Part shown: positions 26,754-38,650 of the stretch, piece after piece
Numbering within the stretch: position 1 is the first letter of the stretch
Layout: every line of letters begins with the position of its first letter
NCBI GenBank assembly: GCA_963708295.1
Contig: CAVPSJ010000020.1
Coordinates: forward strand, 83,431 to 147,430
Length of the DNA: 64,000 nucleotides
Direction: 5' to 3'
DNA from: an uncultured delta proteobacterium
GTDB taxonomy: Bacteria; Desulfobacterota; BSN033; UBA1163
Program-made: the position numbers and the translations under genes
Notes under the pieces: model-generated
The model's input: only the letters and a program-made list of their open reading frames with translations
Told to the model about the DNA's origin: nothing
Databases searched by the model: none

Positions 26754-28997
26754 GCAGACTTTGTAGATCTTGCAGAGCATGGATTTGTAAGGACCACCCC
26801 CAAAACCTGACCTACTCTGGTATCCCATCGGGATGAGCTGGTTGATGTTGATATCCCATACTCCATAGAGATGATCCGCCCCTTCCTTTTCAGGGAACCA
26901 CCATCCGTGGGGGACCATGACCATTTGCCGGTGAACGATCGGAGTGAGTTTGGCCTTTCTCTTTGCCCGACCGCGCCTTCCCTCGATCCACACCCAGTTT
27001 CCATCCTCTATCCCAAGGGTTCGGGCCGTTTCCGGATGGATTTCCACAATGGGGTCAGGATCGATTTCGCGCAGCCAGGGAATCTGACGATGTTCGCTGT
27101 GGAATAAGACCGGGGAACGTCTTCCGGTCATCATAATGAGGGGAAACTCCTTCCATAATTCCGGAGTCCGTAAAGGACTTTCCGGAGGTTCCTCGAAATA
27201 GGGAAGGGGGTCAAGTCCATAAGATTCCAAAGTTGTGGAGTAGACCTCGACTTTGCCGGTAGGGGTTCGGAACCCGGGCTTTTTGTCCGGACGCAACAGA
27301 CCTTCTTCGTACCTTCGGTAAGGAGCGGTTCCAGAGGGATGCCCCTTGGGGGGCAAGGCCCACACCTGTTTGCGGAGTTCATCAAAAGTGAGTCCGGAGG
27401 GATGGATTCTTTCGGAGAACATTTCTCTCACATTCTTCCAATGAACGATCTCTGGGTTGAATCGCTTGGCTAACTCGAAGTTGATTTCCCAGTCAGATTT
27501 ACATTCTTCCACCTCCACCACTTTTTGTATAGCGTTGAGGGGAATCCCGGTGGAAAAGACGGAATCTTTTTCGGGAAAGGTCGCCGCGGGAAGAACGATA
27601 TCCGCTACGGCCTGGGCCGTTGGGGTCATGAAGAGGTCAACCACGACATTGAAATCGAGCTTTCGAATGGCTTCGTAGTGACGCCGTGGTTCTCCAGCGG
27701 CGCAGGCGAGGAAATTGTTGGTCTGGATCCACATCCCCTTGACAGGATAAGGTTTGCCCGTCTCCATCTGTTCGAGGACGGTATCGGATAAGGCCCATCC
27801 TCTGAAATTTTTTACCAGGGGATACCGGTCCGCTCCGATCCGTTTCTCCGAAAGCTTCTGGACAAAGGCTTTTCCGTAAATCGCGGTGAGTTCTTCGGAA
27901 GAGTAGGGGTAAATCGAGACTCCGAAAGGGCCCCTGCAGATCACATTTCCTCCGGGAATATCAAGATTTCCCGTAACGCACCAGAGCGAAGTAATGGCCT
28001 GGATCACCGAGGTCGCCTCAGCATTCATATCGACGGGGACACCCCACTGGATCGCCGCAGGCTTGCTCCGGGCATAGAGCCTAGCGGCTTCTATAATTTT
28101 TTCTTTAGGAATCCAGGTGATGTAGGAGACCCGGTCCGGCGGATACTCTTGAACCCTTCTCTTCAGTTCTTCAAAGCCATGGACCCACTTTTCAACGAAG
28201 GGCTTATCGTAAAGCCCTTCGTTAATGATTATATTCAGCATCCCCAGCGCCAGAGCCCCGTCCGTTGCAGGGCGTATTTGGAGCCAGAGGTCGGCCCTGG
28301 AAGCGATCCAGGTGCACCTTGGGTCGACAGCAATGATCTTTGTTCCACGTTTCATGCAGTCAATCATCCAGTGGCCTGTGGCGTAATGGTCAGAGCATCC
28401 TCCCACGGGTTCTCTTCCCCAGACAATCAAACATTTCGGGGGAGTCCACTCTGGATCCTGATATCGAAGGGGGGAGAACTGAGCTGCGTCCATAAAGGTA
28501 AAATCCCCCTCCGTAACATACATTGCGGCTAACCTCGGAGTGAAACAGGAAATACCGGAAAGCCCCAAAAGAGTCCAGTTCGGACTTCCGTAAGCATAGG
28601 CCAGCAGTAAGATAGGCCCCCCTGCATCCCTCCCTGTACCTTGTCCGAAAACCATGGCCTCTGGGCCATATTTCTCCTTGATCTCGGTCATCCGAGCGAA
28701 AATGGTGTCATAAGCCTCTTTCCAAGAGATGCGTGCCCATTTCCCTTCCCCCCGTTGTCCTATTCTCTTCTGGGGGTACTTCAGACGATCCGGGTGATAC
28801 ATCACCTGAGTCGTGGCCAAAACTCGGGGGCAGGCTCTTCCCTGCAAAAAAGGATGGTCAGGGTCTCCTTCCACTTTAATGACTCGACCCTCCTTGATAT
28901 AAACTTCAACTCCACATCCCCCATGACAGCCCGGTCCTCCAGACCAGGCGCCCATCTTTACGATTTGCACTTTTTGGCCTTCTTTACTCTCGTTCAT
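26754..28997 (-). CDS. Mo/W-bisPGD oxidoreductase, acetylene-hydratase/catechol-dehydroxylase-like clade, paralog 1 (stop apparently lost at ~26754)
   Basis: WSGGPGCHGGCG..ACPR, SCFTPR, DIVLPAATFPE, HSEHRQ, VPHGWW; no Tat signal. Confidence 0.88.
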
Positions 28998-29094
28998 TTC
29001 CGCCTTACCTCTCCCCTTCTCCAAAATGTCACTCACTTTGAAATGAAATTACCGGCTGAATGGGAACAGAACTATTCTTGGCCGGACCAATTCT

Positions 29095-29212
29095 AAATCC
29101 GAAGCACGAAATCCGAAATTCGAAACAATCCCAAATGATCAAATCTCAAATGTTCAAAACAAGAAAAGTTTAAGATATTTGAATTTTGAAAATTCGAATT
29201 TGTTTCGGATTT
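29095..29212. repeat. 7-bp-period palindromic intergenic element, copy 2
   Basis: AAATCCGAAGCACGAAATCCGAAATTCGAAACAA...TTTGTTTCGGATTT. Confidence 0.75.
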
Positions 29213-29231
29213 ACATACCTCTCAACCCCTG

Positions 29232-30269
29232 TTATTTTTTGAGCATCTCAAGGGTCGCGTTGAGGATTTGTTGAGCTTCGGCATACCCTTTACCCTCCAT
29301 TTTCTTTACCCATTCCTTCCAGATCGGCATACCTGCCACTTTGGTCCATCTTTCGACCTCCTCCGGAGGAACGGTATACTTGACCATGGTATACCCGCCC
29401 TTTTTCACCGTGTTATCAACGGCTCCCTCGACCCGGTCAAAGAAATTGCGACCCCAAAATCTGGCACCTTCTAAGCCGCTGACGCTCGTGATTCCATCCT
29501 GAATGTCCTTGGGGAGGCTTTCCCATTTCTGCTTATTGATGGGCATCGAGAAATAGACTGCGGAAAGGGGTACCACCGTGTAATATTTTGCAACCTCGTA
29601 AAGCCTGTGCGCGAGGATCGGTTCCCAAGGGGCTCCCATGCCATCGATGACTCCCTTGTCCAGGGCGAGATAGGTGTCGGGCATGGGCATGAGAACGGGG
29701 ACTGCTCCGAGTGCCCTCATCTGCTCCGTGGGAGGTCCGCCCGTCACTCTAATCTTCAGGCCCTTTATGTCCTCCAGGGTTTTCACCTGTTTCTTCGTGG
29801 TGATTAAAATATAGGGATGGCTGGTCCAGAGCATGAGGACATGAACGTCTTTGAAATGATTTTGAATGGACGGGTACTTTTCATAAAGCTTCCAGAGTAC
29901 CTCGCTGCCCTTCTCCGCGCTCTTGATTGGCAGGGAGGGGAGGGTGATCACATCCGCCAAAGGCGTCATGTCGGGCCAATATCCATGGAAACACCAGCCC
30001 ATATCTGCAACGCCCGTCTTTACGGCATTCCAGATATCTGGTGCTTTTGCCAATGTCTGGGAGTAGTAGACGTCTATCTTTACTTTGCCTTTTGTGGCTT
30101 CTTCGACATTCTTGACCCACGGCTGAAGGGCCTCGACCCCACCCCATCCCGTTTGAGGGTTTTGGTCAGCCAAAGTGAGCTTGATACCCTGAGCGGCTGC
30201 TGGACTCACAAGAAGGGTGATCAGGCAAGCCGCTCCCGCTAGGATCAATAATCCTCGCTTTTTTTCCAT
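29232..30269 (-). CDS. TRAP transporter substrate-binding protein DctP
   Basis: Signal peptide; KTLEDIKGLKIR, MPDTYLALDKGVIDG, NKQKWESLPKD. Confidence 0.92.
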   Translation of the reverse strand: MEKKRGLLILAGAACLITLLVSPAAAQGIKLTLADQNPQTGWGGVEALQPWVKNVEEATKGKVKIDVYYSQTLAKAPDIWNAVKTGVADMGWCFHGYWPDMTPLADVITLPSLPIKSAEKGSEVLWKLYEKYPSIQNHFKDVHVLMLWTSHPYILITTKKQVKTLEDIKGLKIRVTGGPPTEQMRALGAVPVLMPMPDTYLALDKGVIDGMGAPWEPILAHRLYEVAKYYTVVPLSAVYFSMPINKQKWESLPKDIQDGITSVSGLEGARFWGRNFFDRVEGAVDNTVKKGGYTMVKYTVPPEEVERWTKVAGMPIWKEWVKKMEGKGYAEAQQILNATLEMLKK

Positions 30270-30561
30270 TCCCAGTCTCCTTTCTCCTTCAGGCTAGGCA
30301 TAACTCAACCCTCCTCAAGCCATTTCTCATGCTTCCAGGTTTTTGTAGAAACTCAGAGAATGAGTAAAAATGGTTAAGCTGAACACAAAAAGGCCCGAAG
30401 ACCTTGACCGAGTCTTTCGGCTTTCAATTCTGCTGGAAAAATTCTGAAGAACAATTCAATGGACTTACCAGTTGCTGTGGTCTTACCTTTGGTGGACCCT
30501 TTCCTCTTTCCTCGGAAAAAACAGAAAATCCCCGCCAAATGAGAGGAAAAGTTCTGTGCAG

Positions 30562-30891
30562 TTATTTAGGTGCAAAGAGAACCGTCTTGGGTTTCTTATC
30601 CATCACCTTGGCCAATTCCTTCACGGGCCCGTACATCATGCAGCCCGCTTGGCAATGCTTCACACACGCCGGCGGTGTCCCTTCCTTCGTCCTCTCCGCG
30701 CATAAATTACAAAGATCCGTCGGAAATGGAATATAGTCGATGGCAATCTTCTCGAAGGTTTCCAGAACGATTTCGTTCACCTTGATGCCCCATTTTCCGA
30801 CAGGGTAGTTGTGCTCCTGTTTACAGGCCACCTCACAGGTGTGGCATCCTGTACAGTATTCATAGTCAATGAGCAATCCTTGTCTGGCCAT
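30562..30891 (-). CDS. 4Fe-4S dicluster electron-transfer subunit of the Mo enzyme
   Basis: LIDYEYCTGCHTCEVAC; CNLC..PACVKHC. Confidence 0.9.
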   Translation of the reverse strand: MARQGLLIDYEYCTGCHTCEVACKQEHNYPVGKWGIKVNEIVLETFEKIAIDYIPFPTDLCNLCAERTKEGTPPACVKHCQAGCMMYGPVKELAKVMDKKPKTVLFAPK

Positions 30892-30951
30892 TTCTCCTAC
30901 CTCTCTTTCAGGTCCCGTGTCGAATACGGGACATGCTTATTCTGCTTACCT

Positions 30952-31065
30952 TGTAGGGAACGGTTTCAAACCGTTCCCTATATAAGAGGTAACTCCCCCC
31001 GCCCCCTCTTAAGCTAAGAGGGGATATTCCTCCCCTTAAGATAAGGGGAGGATAGGAGGGGTTAT
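30952..31065. repeat. GTAG-type REP followed by a composite CCCCT..AGGGG palindrome
   Basis: GTAGGGAACGGTTTCAAACCGTTCCCTA; TAACTCCCC..CCCCTCTTAAGCTAAGAGGGG..CCTCCCCTTA/TAAGGGGAGG..GGGGTTA. Confidence 0.7.
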
Positions 31066-31105
31066 GAGTCGTTGTCTTGATACCTTTCACCGCCTCGTTG
31101 CAGGC

Positions 31106-33340
31106 TTATTTTTCTATCTTGCGCACCCGGCAGAGCGTCGTCTTGTATGCCCCTCCGCCGAATCCGGAGCGCCCCTGGGTCCCGGTGGGGATGAGCTGAT
31201 TAACGTTGAGATCCCAGATGCCGAAAAGATTCGGCTCCCGGCCGTCGGTCTCCGGCAACCACCATCCGTGAGGAACCATGACGACTTTGGGATGGATCGT
31301 TGGTGTCACCACGGCCTTCCTCTTAATCCTCCCTCTCCGGTTTTCGATATAGACCCATTCCCCGTTTTCAATCCCCAGCTCGGCGGCTGTCTTCGTGTTG
31401 ATCTCGATGATCGGGTAGGGATCAATCTCTCTCATCCACGGGATCATTCGATGTTCGGCATGGAAGTAAACCGACGACCTTCTCCCGGTGGCCATCACCA
31501 ACGGATATTCCTTGAAGAGTTCAGGCGTTCTCACTTCACTCTCCGGAGGTTCCTCATAATAAGGAAGGGGGTCCAGATTCCACTCTTCAAACCTCTTCGA
31601 CCAGAATTCCACTTTTCCTGTAGGCGTATTGAACCCGGGTTTTCCATCCGCACGGAGCAATCCCTTCTCATACCGCCTGTAGGGTTTTGAGGAATGGCCT
31701 TCCGGCGGCATCCTCCAGCTCCCCTCGGCAGCCAGTTCATCAAAAGTCACTCCCGCGGGCTTGAGCCGATCGTCAATCAATTCTTTCACGGTCTGATACT
31801 TGATCGCTCCGGGATTGAAGCGGCGGGCCAGTTCCAGGTTGATCTCCCAATCGGATTTGCATTCTCCCACCTTGATCGCCGGAACCACCACACTCAAAGG
31901 AGCCCACCAGGATCGGAAGCTCTCTTTTTCAGGAAAGCTTGCCGCCGGGAGGACGATATCCGCCACCGCCATACTCGTGGGGTTGTGGAAGGTGTCCACC
32001 ACCACGTTGAATTCGAGTTTCTTCAACGCCTGATAGTGTTTTCGAGTGTCGGCTGCCTGTCCGCCCAGCATGTTGGTGGTCTGGATCCATGCTGCCTTAA
32101 TCGGATAAGGGTCCTCCGTTAAGATCTGATCCACCGCCATATCGGGCTGTGCCCAACCCCTGAAGTTAGCCACCATCGGGTAAACACTGGCTCCGATCCT
32201 TTTGCCCGTCAACTTCTTTACGAATTCCGCGCCATAAAGGCTGGTGAGCTCGTGAGAGGAAAAAGGATACGTGGTGACTCCGAAGGCAGGTCGCGCAATG
32301 ACCTCGCCGCCGGGGACATCGAGATTTCCGGTCAAACACCAGAGATGGGCGATGGCCTGGGCCACGGTTGTTCCCTCAGGAGCCTGGTCAACGGGAAGAC
32401 CCCAGTGAATCGCGGCGGGTTTGCTTGTCGCGTAGAGTCGAGCTGCCTTGATGATCGCTTCTTTGGGCGCCCAGGTAATGCTGGCGGCTCTTTCCGGAGT
32501 ATATTCCTGGACCCGCTGCTTCAATTCTTCAAAACCATAGGTCCAGTTCTCTACAAAGGTCTTGTCGTAAAGTTTTTCGTTGATAATGACATGGGCCATG
32601 GCCAGAGCCAAAGCGCCATCCGTTCCCGGCCGGATCTGGAGATGGATTTGAGACCTTGAAGCCATCCAGGTCGTGCGGGTATCGACGGTGATCACCTTGG
32701 AGCCCCGTTTCATGCATTCGATGATCCAGTGGCCATGAAAAGCATCCGGGCAGGTGGGAACGGGGTTGTTTGCCCAAACAATGATGCATTTCGGCGGAGT
32801 CCATTCCGGAGCGTCATATCGTTTCTCATAAAATTGCCCCGCGTCTAATACGGCGTAATCTCCCATCGTCGAAAACATAGCGCCCAGCCGGGGCGTATAA
32901 CACGATTGCCCTGCCAGTCCGAGCTGGACCCAGTTCGGACTTCCGTAGGCATAGGCCAAAAAGGAGATCGGGCCGCCGATGTCTCTTCCCGTTCCCTGGC
33001 AGAAGAGGACGGATTCGGCGCCGTATTGATCTCGAATCTCCTTGAGTTTTTTCTCAATTGTGTCAAACGCCTCATCCCATGAGATTCGGGTCCATTTCCC
33101 TTCTCCCCTCTCTCCAGCACGTTTCATCGGATAGAGGAGTCGGTCCGGGTGATAGACATACTGGGTCAAAGCCAAAACCCGGGGACAGAGTCTTCCCTGG
33201 TTCCAGGGATGATTTTCATCCCCCTCGACTTTGACCAGTCTTCCGTTCTTCACATGGAGCTTGACGCCGCATCCACCATGGCAGCCGGCTCCAGGAGACC
33301 AGACCGTGGTCCGGACAACTTTTTCACCTTCGTTGCTCAT
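31106..33340 (-). CDS. Mo/W-bisPGD oxidoreductase, same clade, paralog 2
   Basis: RTTVWSPGAGCHGGCG..GRLCPR, SCYTPR, DIVLPAASFPE, HAEHR, VPHGWW. Confidence 0.9.
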   Translation of the reverse strand: MSNEGEKVVRTTVWSPGAGCHGGCGVKLHVKNGRLVKVEGDENHPWNQGRLCPRVLALTQYVYHPDRLLYPMKRAGERGEGKWTRISWDEAFDTIEKKLKEIRDQYGAESVLFCQGTGRDIGGPISFLAYAYGSPNWVQLGLAGQSCYTPRLGAMFSTMGDYAVLDAGQFYEKRYDAPEWTPPKCIIVWANNPVPTCPDAFHGHWIIECMKRGSKVITVDTRTTWMASRSQIHLQIRPGTDGALALAMAHVIINEKLYDKTFVENWTYGFEELKQRVQEYTPERAASITWAPKEAIIKAARLYATSKPAAIHWGLPVDQAPEGTTVAQAIAHLWCLTGNLDVPGGEVIARPAFGVTTYPFSSHELTSLYGAEFVKKLTGKRIGASVYPMVANFRGWAQPDMAVDQILTEDPYPIKAAWIQTTNMLGGQAADTRKHYQALKKLEFNVVVDTFHNPTSMAVADIVLPAASFPEKESFRSWWAPLSVVVPAIKVGECKSDWEINLELARRFNPGAIKYQTVKELIDDRLKPAGVTFDELAAEGSWRMPPEGHSSKPYRRYEKGLLRADGKPGFNTPTGKVEFWSKRFEEWNLDPLPYYEEPPESEVRTPELFKEYPLVMATGRRSSVYFHAEHRMIPWMREIDPYPIIEINTKTAAELGIENGEWVYIENRRGRIKRKAVVTPTIHPKVVMVPHGWWLPETDGREPNLFGIWDLNVNQLIPTGTQGRSGFGGGAYKTTLCRVRKIEK

Positions 33341-33443
33341 TCTTTTCTCCTTATCAATCAGTCTATAGACTTCTTTGTAGCCTATTTTTCAACCGACTTC
33401 AAGTTTCATCGGTCAGGATAATTTTATCAGTATCGTACAATAA

Positions 33444-33473
33444 CGGGCCTCGTCTTCTGAGGACGAGGCCCGT
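33444..33473 (-). terminator. Hairpin between dctP2 and Mo enzyme 2
   Basis: ACGGGCCTCGTC/GACGAGGCCCGT. Confidence 0.55.
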
Positions 33474-33568
33474 CGTTTGTGACATGAGGCAATCCCGTCA
33501 CCCTCTGGAAGGAGTGATTCATCTGTAAAAAGGCGAAGAGGATGCGAGGAGAAAGCAATGAGCCGAAA

Positions 33569-34641
33569 CTACTTGGCCATTTTCGGAATCAACTCCTCGA
33601 TTCTCTTCAGAATCTTGGCGGCATCAGGCCTGCCGGCGGCGGTCATCTTCTTGACCCATTCCTCGCGCAGAGGCTTGCTGACATCATTTAGCTTCTTCAG
33701 CTCCGGATTCGGGCAGGGTATAGGGTTCCACCTTACCCTTGGCAAGCTGGAGGAAGTCCTGCATCGCATCTTCTTCCCAGTCGCGGCTGAGTATTCTGGC
33801 ATTCTCAAGGTTATTGACCTTGGTGATCGCCTCCTGGATATCCTTGGGCAGGCTATCCCACTTGGCTTTGTTCATGGAATAGGTGAAGTGGAAAAAGGTC
33901 CAGGGGCCAACGCCATGTACTTCGACACCTCGATGGAGCTTGAAGGACAATTGCGGCCTCGAAGGGGGCTGTCATCCCATCGATGACCCCTTTCTCCAGA
34001 GACAGGTAGGCGTCCGGCATGGGGAACGTGACCGGGGTGGCACCCAGAGCGGTCATCATGTTGGTGAGGTTTGCCCCGGTAGCCCTCATCTTTAAGGCCC
34101 TTCAAGTCCTCCAGGGTCTTTATCTGTTTGGACCGGGTGAGAGCGACCTGATGGCCATCACACCACGTCGTCAGTACATGCACGTCCTTGAACTCGGCCT
34201 GTATGGATGGAAACTCCTGATAGATCTGGTACATCACGGCGCTCGGCATGCTCGGTGTCTTTGAAACGAAGACCCGGGCAGGCTGATGGCGTTGGCCAGC
34301 TCCGTCATGCCAGGCCAGTAGTTGTGAAAGCACCAACCCGCATCCACCACGCCCGTTTTGACGGCATTCCAGATGTCGGGACCTTTGACCAGCGTCTGAC
34401 TCCAGTAAGGTCTCGAACTTGATCCTGTTCCCGGTGGCTTGCTTCCAGCCTTTTCAGGTAAGGATTTTCAGAGTACTTCGGTCCGTAGCCCTGTTCGTTA
34501 GTTCTGCTCCGCCCAGGTGATCTTAATCACCTGACCAGGCTTGTCGGCGGCCGCAAGGCTCTGAGAGGGTGACCCGAACCCGATAAGGACAAAACCAGCT
34601 ACCAATAAAATTCCTAACGAGACAAACAATGACTTTTTCAT
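33569..34641 (-). CDS. TRAP DctP paralog 2 (multiple frameshifts)
   Basis: Fragments KTLEDLKGLK, MPDAYLSLEKGVIDG and MNKAKWDSLPKD in different frames. Confidence 0.75.
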
Positions 34642-34753
34642 ACTTTCCCTCCTTCATTTGTTATATTTCTTTCTCTGTTTGCCCCGCACTCGGGGGCGAT
34701 GTTTCCAGACTTTCTCCTACCAGCCCTTCGGAAGTGTCCAGGCCACCGGCGAC

Positions 34754-36045
34754 TTAGCGCATCGTTGCAGGAAGCCAGAGGACGATTTGGGGAAAGATCA
34801 TGATCAGAATGGTCGTTAGGACGATCGCAATCATCAAGATGCTTGTCCCCGTGTAGACCTTGACCAGATCGACATTCGCCGTTGCGCTGACGACAAAGGC
34901 GATCATGCCCACGGGTGGGAAAACGAGTCCCATGGAGACCATCATCATGGAGAGGACGCCAAACCAGATGGGATCGAATCCAAGGTTGTGATCAGCGGGA
35001 AGGTCAACTGTAAGGTGAGAAGAAGGAGCGGAATCTCATCCATGAACATGCTGACGACGAAGTAGCAACGACGATGCCGATGATGACGACCCAGCGGTTG
35101 AGGTTCATCTCGGTGACGACGGCGACCACCTGCTGAGGCACCCGGCTCAAGGCCATATAGGAGCCGAAGATGGTCGCGCCGATCAGAATCATGAAGATCA
35201 TGGCGCTTGTGCGGATGGTCAACTTTAAGGCTTCGATTGCGCCTGCCCATCGTGAGACGGCCGAAGGCGACGCCGATCAGCCGCTGCCATAAAGGCACCG
35301 ATGGCGCCGACTTCGGTCGGGGTGACAATACCGGTGTAGAGAAGAACTAATAACGATGAAGATCAACAAAAGGCTTGGCCAGATGCGGCGAACACTCGCC
35401 CAGCGTTCTGCAGCAGATACCCGATACGTCTCAGGGGCATCGGGAGGCCTGACGCGAACCCAGATAAAAATGGCCAGAGCCAGGAAGATGCCCACGATGA
35501 TGCCCGGGACCGACCCCTGCAATCAGCAATTTGGCGATGGACGTCTGGGTCGCAATGCCGTAAATGACCATGGCAACGCTCGGTGGGATGAGAATGTCGA
35601 GGGTTGCTCCCAATCCCAACGGTACCGGCTGCCAGTTCTTCGGAATAGCCGTGGCGACGCATTTCCGGATAGGCGATCGTTGACATGACGGAGGCCGCTG
35701 CAACGCTCGCTCCGGACATGGCCCCGAAGATCGCGCAGGCGAAGACCGTTGCGACCCCGAGGCCGCCCCTTGATATGGGATAGCCAGTTCGCCCCGGCCG
35801 TGAAGAGGTCGCGGGCAAGACCGCTCGATGCCGAAAAGTAGGCCATGAGGATGAACATGGGTATGGTGGTCAGGGCATAGTCGGCAACCGTCGTGAAAGG
35901 CGCCATCCCCAAGATACCCAAGCACCATGTTCCAGTTCCCGGTGACGAGATAGATGCCCAGAATGCCGGCACCGGCAAGAGAAAACGCAATGGGGAACCC
36001 CAGAAGAAGTGCGATGACCATGGCAAGAAAAGGCAGAAAGACCAT
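34754..36045 (-). CDS. TRAP large permease DctM (multiple frameshifts)
   Basis: GFPIAFSL, IPMFILM, FGAMSGAS, ILIPPS, PPVGM, FPQIVLWLP fragments. Confidence 0.8.
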
Positions 36046-36049
36046 CTTT

Positions 36050-36588
36050 CTGTCCTCCGTTTTCGAAATCTACAGTTTGCAGGGCGATTCCTCCTGAACA
36101 GAGGAGACTTTCCCTTTCCTCACCTTTCCGTAGGTCAATCGAGCATCATCAAGGGACGTGAAAAAGAGTCCCACCGGGACCATGCACATAAGCAGGGCCC
36201 ATGGGGAATCGAAATCGAGACTGCTCAGCGTCGTGTGCGGTTCAAAGGTGCGGAGGGCCTGCTTGAACGTGGCGATGACGAGCGCCACACCAGTAGAGCA
36301 TGGAGACAATCTGGACCAGGTGGTTCACGACGAGCTTCACCTTTCGGCGGCAGACGATCCACCAGGAAAGTGACGCGGATGTAGGCGCCTCCGCGGTAGC
36401 CGTAAGCCATGGCCAGAAAGACGGCAGCGATCATCAGGTAGTTGGTCGTGATCTCATAGGCCCCGGTGATCGGCCGGTTAAAAAGATATCGTCCCCCGCA
36501 TCAGCCGTTGTCAGCAGCATCAGGACAAAGGTGGCAAAAACAGCGCGTAGGTTAAGACCTTCTCACAAGCGTCGAGCAATCGTTGCAT
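36050..36588 (-). CDS. TRAP small permease DctQ (frameshifted; 3' end approximate)
   Basis: YLMIAAVFLAMAYGYRGGAYIRVTFLVDRLP. Confidence 0.7.
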
Positions 36589-36767
36589 CGATTTGAATCC
36601 TCCTTATCCCCCATCCTGTTTACCCCGTTAGAATCGATGCCCCGCTGACTGCAGCGGGGTTATCTGTTAAACAATTCCGGCGGGGTTTAATGCCCCCCGC
36701 CGGAATTGTCAATGGGGCGGATCCTCTTGTTGCAAAAACTTTAGGGCCGAGCGTGCGTTGGATGATC

Positions 36768-37804
36768 CTACTTCAACAATCGGAGAGTTGTCGTCCAGTA
36801 CCTGCTGAGCGTCGGGACGTCCTTTGCTCTCCATCTTTTTCACCCACTCCTTCCAGAGAGGTTCGCCCGCCACTTTCTGCCATCGCTCAAGTTCTTCGGG
36901 CGGCGGCACGTATTTCACCATCTGATGGTTTCCCTCTTTGACACGCTCCATCACCCCTTGCTCCGCGGTGTCGAACCAGTTCTTTCCCCAGAACTTGGCG
37001 GCCTCAAGACCGCTCACGCTCGTGATGGCCTGCTGAATATCTTTGGGCAGGCTCTCCCATTTCTGCTTGTTCATCGACATGGAAAAGTAGACGGCAGAGA
37101 GAGGCACAATGGTGTAATACTTTACGACTTCATAAAGTCTGAAGCCGTGAATGGCCTCCCAGGGTGCTCCCATGCCGTCGATCACCCCTTTGTCCATGGC
37201 CAGGTAGGTATCCGGCATGGGCATGAGGCGTGGGAACGGCTCCAAGAGCCTTCATCTGTTCGGTTGGAGGTCCTCCCGACGACCCTGATCTTCAGCCCTT
37301 TCATATCTTCCATCGTCTTGACCTGCTTCTTCGTCGTGATCAAGAAATACGGGTGGCTTGCCCAGAGCTGAAAGACATGAACGTCTTTGTATTCTCCTTG
37401 AATGGAAGGAAATTTCTCATAGAGTTTCCAGAGCACTTCACTTCCCTTTTCCGCTGTTTTAAACGGCAGACCGGGCAGCGTGATGACATCGGAGAGAGGG
37501 GTCATATCCGGCCCAGTAGCCGTGAAAACACCAGCCCATATCGGCAACACCGGTCTTGACCGCGTTCCAGATGTCCGGCCCCTTGGCTAAGGTCTGGGCA
37601 TAAAAGATATCGATCTTCACCCTGTCCTTTGGTCGCCTCTTCAACCTTCTTTACCCAGGGCTGCAGTGCGTGCACCGGCCCCCAGCCCATTTCCGCATTC
37701 TGGTCAGCCAGGGTCAGCTTGATCACCTGGGCCAGGGACGGCGCGGCCAAAATGAAGACAAGACAAATACTGCAAACCAACATCAAGCATCCTCTCTTTT
37801 TCAT
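36768..37804 (-). CDS. TRAP DctP paralog 3 (frameshifted), close paralog of 29232..30269
   Basis: IKLTLADQN, LAKGPDIWNAVKTGVADMGWCFHGYW, MPDTYLAMDKGVIDG. Confidence 0.8.
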
Positions 37805-37891
37805 CTTTCTCCTCCTTTGCGATGTTTAGCTCGCACAAAAAACGGTGAACCTTATTTAAGGATATCACGAATTTCCCAACGGACTCAAACC

Positions 37892-38650
37892 TTAAAGATC
37901 AAGTCCTTCGATCGCAACGACCCGAATCATCGAACCGTCTCCATGGATCCACCGCAAAGGGAAGGCGGCAATCGTCACGCGCTTGCCCGTGACCTGGTCC
38001 ACGTCACCGCCTACGTTTTCGATCCCTGGAATAAGGTTTCCGAGCAAGAGGTAGTGAGCCGGTTCATAGATGGGCCATTTCTTCTCCGGATCCTCACCCG
38101 TTTCTCTTTTGTATTCCGCGTCGAGCCAGGGCATGATCTTGGACAGGGGTGCATGGGCAAGGGGGCTGTCTAGGGCGCCGCCGGTGATGCCGAACCCTTT
38201 GATCCCTTTCTTCACCAGCCATTCCCCGCCTTCCTTGTAGAGGCCGGGGAAGTGGTTGATGTAAACATAATGATCGTCCCACTTGTGGTGCCAACCGGTA
38301 TTGACAATCACCCAGTCGCCCTTTTCGACCTTCGGGGTCGCTTTCTCGAAGTCCTCCGGGCCGATGATGTCCCATTTCTTCTTGTTCCGCATATCGAGCA
38401 CCACCCCTGTGCCGAAACAACTGGATAAAGGTACTTCGTCAATCCCCTTGCCCGTGCCGATGACGTGAAACGGTGCATCCATGTGGGTGGAGGTGTGCAT
38501 TTTGCAGTGAAACACCGCAGACTGCTTGCCGTCGCGTTCATGGTAGAGCATCCGCTCAATGACCAGGTCCTGCATCTGTCCTACCCAAGGCCAAATAGGG
38601 ATCCCCATCTCAAGGGGTTGTGACAGGTTATAGAATTTTAGCTGCTTCAT
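37892..38650 (-). CDS. Cyclase family metal-dependent hydrolase (kynurenine formamidase/isatin hydrolase-like)
   Basis: HTSTHMDAPFH, VNTGW, AHYLLLG..GIENVG, GDGSMIRVVA. Confidence 0.88.
   Translation of the reverse strand: MKQLKFYNLSQPLEMGIPIWPWVGQMQDLVIERMLYHERDGKQSAVFHCKMHTSTHMDAPFHVIGTGKGIDEVPLSSCFGTGVVLDMRNKKKWDIIGPEDFEKATPKVEKGDWVIVNTGWHHKWDDHYVYINHFPGLYKEGGEWLVKKGIKGFGITGGALDSPLAHAPLSKIMPWLDAEYKRETGEDPEKKWPIYEPAHYLLLGNLIPGIENVGGDVDQVTGKRVTIAAFPLRWIHGDGSMIRVVAIEGLDL

Noticed and set aside
26424-26756. 110-aa C-terminal extension of Mo enzyme 1 (870-aa ORF)
   Set aside because: The paralog ends right after LCxxxK. The extension crosses a hairpin (26710-26736) and overlaps the next gene by 209 nt, so a TGA stop was probably misread as TGC.
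33569-37804. Heavily fragmented TRAP genes as true pseudogenes or programmed frameshifting
   Set aside because: Single-base indels also break purN, purL, livH, ubiD and others while the protein sequence stays conserved. This fits uncorrected long-read errors better; read mapping would settle it.
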